A DNA stretch of 64,000 bases, taken from Candidatus Marinacidobacterales bacterium (GTDB lineage Bacteria; Acidobacteriota; Vicinamibacteria; Marinacidobacterales; SMYC01). Position numbers and translations under genes: made by a program. Positions 56,286-64,000 of this stretch are shown here, piece by piece (the stretch's first letter is position 1; every line of letters starts with the position of its first letter). The notes beneath the pieces are model-generated. The model was not told the origin of the DNA. It saw nothing but the letters and a program-made list of their open reading frames with translations, and made no database searches. Where the stretch lies: NCBI GenBank assembly GCA_965224085.1, contig CBDCYI010000011.1, positions 672,001 through 736,000 on the forward strand, read 5' to 3'.

Positions 56286-56735
56286 CTAGTCGATCCTCTC
56301 CATGCGAAAGGGTTTCACGCCTTCGATCCGGATCCGGTCGCAAGCTTCCGCGAAGCCGTCGAGGTTGTCTACGATGCGTCCGAAGAGATTCATCGCGACG
56401 GGACCGGTCGGCATACTGGGTCGAGCGCCGCGGCCATAAAACAACGCGATCTCCGAGAAGTCATCGGGCCAGCCGGCGATCCGTCCACCGTCGACGCAGT
56501 AATAGCCGATGTCGCCGATTTGCGATTGCGTCGTCTGGTTTTCCGGAGCGATTCGGATCTGGGGATCGATGGGAAGATAGGTTTCCGGTCCGGACCAAAT
56601 CGCGTGATAGAGCGTGCCGTCGAAGGGCAGGGCTTGCCAAAGCGCCGAACACGTCTCGGGGGCGTCGCGCTCGAGCAGCTCGGCGGAAGCGACGACACTG
56701 TCCTGGGCAAAGGTCAGCCTGGTCCGTTTCAGCAT
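56286..56735 (-). CDS. DUF3830 family (cyclophilin-like) protein
   Basis: AELLERDAPETC.ALW.ALP....HAIWSGPE, ENQT and EIALFYG. Confidence 0.78.
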   Translation of the reverse strand: MLKRTRLTFAQDSVVASAELLERDAPETCSALWQALPFDGTLYHAIWSGPETYLPIDPQIRIAPENQTTQSQIGDIGYYCVDGGRIAGWPDDFSEIALFYGRGARPSMPTGPVAMNLFGRIVDNLDGFAEACDRIRIEGVKPFRMERID

Positions 56736-57147
56736 GTGAGGATTTCCCTACACCTTGCGGGGGGAATTTAACATGATCTAGGACACTGTATCTCGAGTGT
56801 ATCGTGCATAGAGTGCGAGGCGTTGCCCGTGCGGATGGCTGGACTGGCGTGCAGGACGCTTGGCGGGTTCGGACATCTGCCCGCCGGCAACGACGCTTGT
56901 GGGGACGTACGACGCCGAATGGCTGCGTTCACCTCAGGCGGGAGGGGGCGGCCGGGCCGGCCTCAAATCTTGTTTGAGCTCATTTGTCCGTGCCGTCTCC
57001 TCTTTATTTCTCGATTCGGCCCCGCGCCACATTATCGTGAATTAGTGGCGGCTCTGTGACCGGACGAGTATGCGTCGGATCCAGTTTCGAATTTCGAGAG
57101 CGCGTTGGGACCGTTTCGTGAACTTGTCGAGCTAGAGTGCCATCAGG

Positions 57148-57984
57148 ATGCCGCGATCGTATAGACGTTTCGGACCGTGGGCCTTCGGGTTCTTCGTGGT
57201 TGGAGCCGTAGTGGTTTGCCTCTCCTCTCGAGATCGGGTCGAGGGCTCGCTTGCGGCGAGAGCGACCGACGATGTTGAACCGCGCCGGCCCGTCCTGCTC
57301 GAGCTGTTTACCTCGCAGGGATGTTCGAGCTGCCCTCGAGCGGACGCCTTGCTGACGGAGTTCGCTGAGACGCAACCTTTCGCAGGGGTGGAGCTCATCC
57401 CACTCTCGCTTCATGTCGATTATTGGAACCGATTGGGTTGGACCGATCCTTTCTCGCATCCGAAGTTCAGCGGAAGGCAACGCGACTACGCCGATAGTCT
57501 TCCGGAGCGCGGCCGGGTCTACACACCCCAGCTCGTCGTTGACGGCAGATTCGGGATCGTAGGAAGCGATCGGTCCGGTGCCCGCCGCGCCGTTGCATCG
57601 CTCGCCAAAGAGCCTTATGTCCGGCTCATCGTGAAACCGCGGAAAGCTCCGGGAGTCACCGAAATCGAGGTCGATGTCCAAGCTGAGCCCGACCCTCGTT
57701 TTGCCGATCGTGACGCGGAGCTCTTTGTCGCGCTCACGGAAGACGGGTTGACGTCCGACGTGCCGCGCGGTGAGAATGCCGGGCGTCGCCTGGCGCATAC
57801 TTCCGTCGTTCGCATCCTCGAGTCACTGGGAACGGTGACGTTGTCCGCGCATGAGTCCGCTACCCGGACTGTTCGACTATCGCTCGAGCGAGAGTGGAGC
57901 CCCGATGAGCTTTACGTTGTCGCCTGGCTACAAGACCAGCGCAAACGCGTCGTCTTGGGCGCAACGCGCGCGTACCCGTTTTAG
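57148..57984 (+). CDS. DUF1223 thioredoxin-like exported protein
   Basis: LELFTSQGCSSCP.AD, HVDYWNRLGW.DPF, YTPQ.VVDG and GENAGRRL.H. Confidence 0.9.
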   Translation: MPRSYRRFGPWAFGFFVVGAVVVCLSSRDRVEGSLAARATDDVEPRRPVLLELFTSQGCSSCPRADALLTEFAETQPFAGVELIPLSLHVDYWNRLGWTDPFSHPKFSGRQRDYADSLPERGRVYTPQLVVDGRFGIVGSDRSGARRAVASLAKEPYVRLIVKPRKAPGVTEIEVDVQAEPDPRFADRDAELFVALTEDGLTSDVPRGENAGRRLAHTSVVRILESLGTVTLSAHESATRTVRLSLEREWSPDELYVVAWLQDQRKRVVLGATRAYPF

Positions 57985-59113
57985 TAAGAGAGTGCCAGCG
58001 CAACGTATTCCTGTTCCAACCGTTCGATCGTCATGCGCGTGCTTGCCAAAAGAAAATTAACCACGTCGTCGTTTCGTTGAAGTCGGCCACTATTAACCCT
58101 AATCGCAAAATCTTCGAAGCACGAAAACGCGAAACAGCCGCACTTGGGCGCAGGCGAGAAGCTCGTGCTGGGGCACCCGCTCGCCGCCACTATAGGTGAT
58201 TCTGCACGGTGTATGCAGAACCTGGAAAAGGTGCTATTCACGGGGCCAAAGACCTCAGACACGGTGACGTTTATTTGCGATTAGGGTTAAGTCCATCGAT
58301 GAGCTCTGACATAGTGGACGGATGTTTCGCAAAAAGGTAGAAAATTAGCATTCCGGCTTGAGAGTAAACCTGACTGGCATCGCGTCCATAGAAGGTGTTT
58401 CGCGACATTCGTAGTAATGTTCCTAGCGGAACCAGCCCTTTTCCGTGCCAGGCGTTGAAATTTGTCTTCAACCAATCGATTGGCTCTGAAACAACGAGGT
58501 CATCCCCGATGAAGTGCCCCGATTCGTAGTACATACCGGTACCTTCCTTGATCCACGGGTTGTCTTCAGACGCTTCATAGGTGAAGAAAAGAAAACTGTG
58601 GCCGATTTCGTGGAGTTGCGTTGCAAAATCCGGTATTCGGAAGGGCACGATAAACCATCGGTAGAACCGCTCCGATTCATCGAAGCAAGTTGTTACCTGC
58701 CTACCTCCTGGAATTACGATGGATGGACAGAAAGCGAAGACTCGCTGATATAAAGAAACATTCTCCGTATAGTACAGTTCAATGCGTCGGCCGGGCGACC
58801 GAGCAAAAACTCGCGAGAAGAACCGCCATACATTGTCCGCGTGATCCGCGTGCTCTCTCGAAAAATTCTCGCTGATGTCTGAGCGCACCTGGACGCTCCC
58901 CTTGTCGGAACGAAAGGGGTACAGTGCGAATAGATCTTCCAGCCGGTTCGGTTCGGGAATAGCCGAGGTTTCCGCTCTCCCCTTGGGCTGCACTTGTGTG
59001 ACCTGCGCGGGTCCATGAGCGCGGGCTGCAACGGAGCCGCTGCTCGAGACGGGCGGAGGTGTCAAGAGAATGCCGGAAAGAACGAGCGCGATGCCTGCAC
59101 TTCGGTTAGCCAT
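57981..59113 (-). pseudogene. Exported gluzincin-like metallopeptidase interrupted near its 3' end by a MITE
   Basis: QLHEIGH...PWIKEGTGMYYE. Removing the MITE and one TTAA joins DGL to NSGRLQRNDDVV...LALSY* in frame. Confidence 0.78.
58097..58286. mobile_element. 190-bp MITE with IS1380-type ends
   Basis: Perfect 13-bp IR CCCTAATCGCAAA, identical to the IS1380 end at 44163-44175. TTAA duplicated at 58093-96 and 58287-90. Confidence 0.92.
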
Positions 59114-59134
59114 CGTCGATTTTACATTTGCCGA

Positions 59135-59625
59135 TTAGGCGTCCAGATTTATCCAGGATGTTTTTACCTCGGTATATTTGTCGAGTGCCAAAAGTGACTT
59201 GTCATAGCCGCTACCGGACTGCTTCATACCGCCCAGGGGCACGGTGATATCCGAGCCGCCATAGCAGTTCACGTGAATCAAACCAGACTGTACCTGACGA
59301 ATCATACGGTGCGCCCGGGATAAACCGCGGGTCCAAACCCCGGCGGCCAAACCGAAGGCTGTGGAGTTGGCCAGCTCAACGGCCTGCTGCTCATCTTCAA
59401 ACGGCGTAACCGCCAGGACAGGCCCAAAGACTTCCTCCTGGGCGATGCGCATGTCTGGCCTGACGTCAGTGAAGACCGTCGGGCTCATATAGTAGCCACC
59501 ACTGCTTTCACGGATGCGCTTCCCGCCTGTGCGAAGCACCGCGCCCTCTGTTATGCCCGCATCCACATAGGAGAGGTCGATTTCCAGCTGCTCCAAACTG
59601 TGCACGGCGCCGACATCCGTTGTCA
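59135..59625 (-). pseudogene. Aldehyde dehydrogenase C-terminal remnant
   Basis: IAQEEVFGPVL, ANSTAFGLAAGVWT and PLGGMKQSG. Confidence 0.85.
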
Positions 59626-59927
59626 TGCGAGGCAAACCGCTTACACACCCAGCAAACGCCATTGGCGGGATGATCCAGCACACCGCAGGCAAGGCCAGTC
59701 TCCTCGATTTTACCGTTGAGATTGGCCCTGGAAGTCAGCCCGATTTTGTAGCCCTTGATCGACCTGCCGGCCGAAATTTTTCGATCCACCCAGCACTTCT
59801 GGATGGCATAGGCCACGTCCAGCGTCATCTCAGGGTGCGAAACGGTCAAGGCCGCAATCTGATAGCGCCGCTCTTCCGCATCGGCTATCTGCGCCGCGAG
59901 CGCCTCGATCTGGGTATCATTCAGCAT
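59626..59927 (-). pseudogene. hpaH: 2-oxo-hept-4-ene-1,7-dioate hydratase remnant with an internal deletion
   Basis: AYAIQ..W......GRSIKGYKIGLTSRA is fused directly to NGKIEETGLACGVLDHPANGV.W. Confidence 0.8.
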
Positions 59928-60063
59928 TTCGCCGTTAGTCCTTGTACGCCATTCTCGGGGAGATTAGCAATACAGATCTCGATGTCTGGCAAACCCAACC
60001 GTTAGCTGCCTCGGGGTACCCATCCACGCGGCGCTCCTGTATGATGGGCCGGAGGTGTCGCCC

Positions 60064-61512
60064 ATGCGCTTTGCGCTTTTCGTTTCCGTCATTGGGATCG
60101 CAGCGCCGGCCGCTGCTGTCGCGCAAGCGACGACGGAGCTACTCATCCGCAACGGTGTCATCGTGAACGCCGACGGAACGGCCCGGACGGATTTGCGGAT
60201 CGAGAACGAGACCATCGTTGAGATCGGCCCCAACCTTTCCGCCGGACCCGAAGCGCGCGTGATCGACGCGACTGGGCTGCTGCTGATTCCCGGCGGCATC
60301 GATCCGCATACCCACCTGGCTCCCAACGACAATTACCACGACGACTACGAGAGCGGATCGGCCGCCGCGCTTGCCGGAGGCGTCACGACGATCTCGAATC
60401 AGGTACCGGCCCAGCCCGGCGAAGCACTTACCCTTTCGCTGGATCGCGCCACCGCGCTCGTCCGCACGCAGGCGATTGCCGACGTTTTCCTGCACCCCAT
60501 CGTCCTCGACCCCGCCGCCGAAACCCCTGAGGCGTTGCAGGCGCTCGTCGACTACGGCCAACCGAGCGTCAAAGTACGGCTCCATCGCGGGGCGTACACG
60601 ACCGATCCGTACGGCTATACGACGGGTCTTGCTAACGCGTCCGATGCTGGCGTCGTCACGATGGTGCACGCCGAGGATGGTCCCATCAACCATACGCGCG
60701 CCGAACGGCTCATCTCCGAAGGCCGCGGGTCGATCCACAACTTGATCGAAAGCCGACCGGACGTCTCGGAAGAAGTCGGCGCCCAGCGCGCCGCCGCGAT
60801 GAGCGAAGCCACGGGGGCCCCCGTCTACATCGTCCATCTGGCGGCGAAGCGCGCGCTGGATGTCGCGACCGAGGCGCGGGGCCGCGGTGTCCCCATCTTC
60901 GTGGAAACCCGTCCAGTGTATCTACACTACACCGCCGACGTCTATCAGCAGGAGGACGCAGCGCTCTATCTCGGGGTTCCGCCCATCCGCCCTCAGCGGG
61001 ATCAAGACGCTCTGTGGGAAGGGATCGCCGAGGGAACCGTCCACGTCGTCGGCACCGACCATGTGCCGTACACCAAAGAACACAAGCTCGATCCCACGCA
61101 GAAAGTGGGGCAGGGCAATTTTCAGGCAGGCATGCCAAATCTTCAGGAATACATGCCGATGCTCTATTCGGAAGGCGTCGTCAAAAAGCGCATCACCATC
61201 GAGCGCTTCGTCCAGGTCACGTCGTCGAATCCCGCCAAGCTCTTCGGACTCTACCCGCGAAAAGGCGTGCTCGCCGTCGGCTCCGATGCCGACCTCGCGC
61301 TCTGGGATCCCAACAAGACGCGAACAATCCGAGACGAGGACATGTTGTCGGGCTCCGGCTTTTCGGTCTATGCCGGCTGGGTGGTAACCGGATGGCCTCT
61401 GATCACGATTCGGCGCGGTGAAGTCGTCTACGAAGACAGGAACGTGATCAGCGAGCCCGGCAGCGGAAAACTGCTGGAGCGGAGGAAATGGAACAATCCA
61501 ACCCTTCCGTAG
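60064..61512 (+). CDS. Dihydropyrimidinase/hydantoinase-like amidohydrolase with signal peptide
   Basis: GGAGG RBS, PGGIDPHTH, VHAED, YIVHL, GTDH and NPAKLFGLYPRKG..AVGSDAD. Confidence 0.88.
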   Translation: MRFALFVSVIGIAAPAAAVAQATTELLIRNGVIVNADGTARTDLRIENETIVEIGPNLSAGPEARVIDATGLLLIPGGIDPHTHLAPNDNYHDDYESGSAAALAGGVTTISNQVPAQPGEALTLSLDRATALVRTQAIADVFLHPIVLDPAAETPEALQALVDYGQPSVKVRLHRGAYTTDPYGYTTGLANASDAGVVTMVHAEDGPINHTRAERLISEGRGSIHNLIESRPDVSEEVGAQRAAAMSEATGAPVYIVHLAAKRALDVATEARGRGVPIFVETRPVYLHYTADVYQQEDAALYLGVPPIRPQRDQDALWEGIAEGTVHVVGTDHVPYTKEHKLDPTQKVGQGNFQAGMPNLQEYMPMLYSEGVVKKRITIERFVQVTSSNPAKLFGLYPRKGVLAVGSDADLALWDPNKTRTIRDEDMLSGSGFSVYAGWVVTGWPLITIRRGEVVYEDRNVISEPGSGKLLERRKWNNPTLP

Positions 61513-63317
61513 CCGCCCTCGTTCTGGCGAGTGCGGCACTCTTGGCCGCTCCCGTGGAGTCTTCCTACCGACATGCGTCCATCGACGTGGACGGCGTCGA
61601 GGCGCACTACATCGAAGCCGGCGAGGGCGAGCCGTTCCTCCTGATCCACGGCGGACTCGCGTGGTCCTCGGGCGAAGCCAACTATGCGGAGCTGATGGCG
61701 CCGCTGAGCGAGCACTTTCGCGTTATCGCCCCCGACGTGATTGGCTTCGGCCGGACAGCGCCGCGTGGAGCTCGAGACTATTCGGGCCAAGCCCAGGGAG
61801 ATTTCCTGATCGGCTTCATCGAAGCGCTCGGTCTCGGCCCGGTGTCTCTCACCGGCAACTCACATGGCGGATTCCTCGCTCAATACATCGCGCACAAACG
61901 GCCGGACCTCGTGCGCCGACTCGTCATCACCAACTCCTTGAACGGGACGGTTCCGATCCCTTCGCTTCCGGAAGGCGGGGGCTATATCTATGCGGCCGGT
62001 GGGCACCAGTACCAGGCGATGACGAAGGACGAGATCCACGCGATGCTCTTGAGCTACTACCAGCATCGCGAGCTCGTGACCGAGGCGAGAGTTGACCTCG
62101 TGGTCGACAACTACCAGCGGAACTGGGAATACGCCCACGCGCGAGGCACGGCCGTATCGTCTTCGGTGGACGTGCTGAATCGAAATTTGAGCTACGAAGG
62201 AAAACACATCTCGGAGCGCGCGAAGGAGCTTCAGATGCCGGTCCTCCTCATGTGGAGCGAGCCCGGCTCGAAGATCGAATGGGGCCTTCCGCATTTTTTT
62301 ACCGTTCCCGGAGCCGAGATGCATCTTCTTCCTTGGTCCGGTCATCATCTGTTCACCGACCAGAGCGCGCGCTGGGCGCAGGTCGTCACCGACTGGCTGA
62401 CGAACGATCCCGCGCGGCGCCCGGGTGCAAGCGAGCCCGAGCCCAGGGAGACGGGCGGTCACCGCCGCTTCATCGATGTCGACGGCGTCCAGACGCACTA
62501 CGTCGAGGTGGGGCAGGGCCCTCCCTTCGTTCTCGTTCACGGCGGCGGCGCGACGTCCTCCGGCCAGGCCAACTACTACGACGTCATCGTTCCACTCAGT
62601 GAGCACTTTCATGTCATCGCTCCCGACGTTGTCGGCTTCGGCTACACCGCGGGAGGAGCCGGACACTACTCGGGCGAGGCACAGGGCGATCACCTCACGC
62701 GCTTCATCGAGGCGCTCGACGTGGGGCCCGTCTTTCTCAACGGGAATTCGCACGGTGGATTTCTGGTTCAATACGTCGCCCTGAAGCGACCCGACCTCGT
62801 TCGAAGGCTGGTCATCACGAACAGCCTGAACGGGACGTTTCCGATCCCCTCGCTACCCGAAGGCGCCCCGTATATCTACGCGCCCGGCGGGCACCAATAT
62901 CCCGAGCGCACCATCGAGGGGACCCGGGCGTCGCTCGAAACGTTCTACCAGCACGAAGACCTCGTGACCGAGGAGCGCGTCCGGCTCGTCCACGACCTCT
63001 ATGAAAGAAACCACGCCTATGCTCACGAGAGAGGACTGGCTGTCTCGAGCACCGTGGACGCTTTCAACACGAACCTGAGCTACCAGGGAAGGCACATCAC
63101 CGAGTGGGCCGCGGAGCTCGAGATGCCGGTCCTGCTGTTGTGGAGCGAGCCGGGCTCCAAAATCGAGTGGGGTCTGTCGCACTTCTTCCGGGTCCCGGGT
63201 GCAGAGATGCATCTGTTTCCCTGGTCGGGCCATCATTTGATGGCGGACCAGAGAGATCGCTGGGTACAGGTCGTGACCAACTGGCTTTCGAACGAACCTG
63301 CTCGTCGACCAAATTGA
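61488..63317 (+). CDS. Exported protein with two tandem alpha/beta-hydrolase domains
   Basis: Signal peptide. Both domains carry HGG, APD..GFG.T, GNSHGG and PWSGHHL. Confidence 0.88.
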   Translation: MEQSNPSVAALVLASAALLAAPVESSYRHASIDVDGVEAHYIEAGEGEPFLLIHGGLAWSSGEANYAELMAPLSEHFRVIAPDVIGFGRTAPRGARDYSGQAQGDFLIGFIEALGLGPVSLTGNSHGGFLAQYIAHKRPDLVRRLVITNSLNGTVPIPSLPEGGGYIYAAGGHQYQAMTKDEIHAMLLSYYQHRELVTEARVDLVVDNYQRNWEYAHARGTAVSSSVDVLNRNLSYEGKHISERAKELQMPVLLMWSEPGSKIEWGLPHFFTVPGAEMHLLPWSGHHLFTDQSARWAQVVTDWLTNDPARRPGASEPEPRETGGHRRFIDVDGVQTHYVEVGQGPPFVLVHGGGATSSGQANYYDVIVPLSEHFHVIAPDVVGFGYTAGGAGHYSGEAQGDHLTRFIEALDVGPVFLNGNSHGGFLVQYVALKRPDLVRRLVITNSLNGTFPIPSLPEGAPYIYAPGGHQYPERTIEGTRASLETFYQHEDLVTEERVRLVHDLYERNHAYAHERGLAVSSTVDAFNTNLSYQGRHITEWAAELEMPVLLLWSEPGSKIEWGLSHFFRVPGAEMHLFPWSGHHLMADQRDRWVQVVTNWLSNEPARRPN

Positions 63318-63419
63318 GGACTTTGCCCGCATGCGTTTTGCCGTGCTCGGGGTCGTCGACCGATTGCAAGGCTTACTTGACCGCGGAGTGTACGGCCTCT
63401 AAATCTAAGCTGCGTCATC

Positions 63420-63545
63420 ATGCGAGAGCTCTTATTCAAGATACTGGAACGGCTCCGCGCAGGCGAGTGGATCCCGCGGTTGGTCGTCCGAACGACCATC
63501 GGCTTCATGTTCTTCGGTTCGGGGCTCAACAAGCTCCTCGAGCTC
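63420..63545 (+). pseudogene. DoxX-family N-terminal remnant
   Basis: IPRLVVRTTIGFMFFGSGLNKL, after which the similarity ends. Confidence 0.55.
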
Positions 63546-63594
63546 ACAATATCGCGTGACCCTGAGCCACCTGAAGGAAAAACCGCTGACCGGA

Positions 63595-64000
63595 TCATTT
63601 GTCCGCGCCGCCTCGTCTTGCTGTTGCTTCCGCCTCGGCACGCGCCATTTCGAGTTCCATCCTCGCTTCTTCGACGAGCATCTCTGTTTCCACGAGCGCG
63701 GTCTCGGCTTCCTCCGCGCTCATGTGAGCGCGATCGATCTGGTCGTGGAGTCGCTCGAGTTGCTTGGTCAAGCCATCCACACGCTTGGTCACGGTGTCCT
63801 TTGCGCCGCGCGCCTCGTCGAGGTTCGCTTCACGCTGCCTCAAGAGCTCCTCGGCGCGCGCCACATCATCACGAATTTCTGCCGGCTCTTCTCGCTTCGG
63901 TTCTTGCGCCGGCGCGGGCTTCAGCGCGGCAAAGGCGGCGAAGCCCGGCGGCTCGAGATCGCGTGTGAGTCGGCCGTCCATAGGCTCGGGATTGGCGCTT
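63595..64000 (-). CDS. Coiled-coil hypothetical protein (C-terminal part, 5' end outside the window)
   Basis: The frame of ORF 63595..63981 is open to the window edge. Heptad-rich E/A/R sequence. Confidence 0.6.
   Translation of the reverse strand, partial: SANPEPMDGRLTRDLEPPGFAAFAALKPAPAQEPKREEPAEIRDDVARAEELLRQREANLDEARGAKDTVTKRVDGLTKQLERLHDQIDRAHMSAEEAETALVETEMLVEEARMELEMARAEAEATARRGGADK

Noticed and set aside
56820-56960. tRNA(Sec)-like or other ncRNA (GGCTGGACT...GGGTTCG)
   Set aside because: No convincing cloverleaf, anticodon arm or CCA end could be built by eye. A covariance-model scan would be needed.
63420-63968. 182-aa ORF as a full DoxX protein
   Set aside because: Only the first ~40 aa look like DoxX. 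The remainder is antisense to the coiled-coil gene.

Overview
GC-rich bacterial DNA. The GWxTD, CRTAC1, MBL and S9 gene content suggests Acidobacteriota, but this is inference only. No rRNA, tRNA or CRISPR array was recognised. 1-1.6 kb holds a partial GWxTD/TPR-like gene that the ORF track missed. 1.9-11.5 kb is a co-oriented envelope operon and the best candidate for an uncharacterised proton-driven surface machine. It encodes a triple-repeat protein, a secreted protein, a TPR protein, a PEGA plus FGE/SUMF1-domain protein, a small secreted '...FPADI' peptide, a MotA/TolQ/ExbB channel and two ExbD/MotB-like TM-coiled coil-vWA subunits. Three of its genes carry small frameshifting lesions. The rest is metabolic, transport and regulatory genes mixed with five IS elements (IS1634, IS3-like, ISNCY, IS1380, IS200), a 190-bp IS1380-type MITE and about 17 deletion-scarred gene remnants, consistent with genome erosion. 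Other unusual items: a NadD-NAD kinase fusion, an orphan DpgC-like dioxygenase, a kinase-J-domain-TPR gene, a Zn-ribbon plus atypical CorA gene pair, and an exported hydantoinase-like enzyme next to a tandem-duplicated alpha/beta hydrolase. All family assignments come from motif recognition by eye, not database searches.
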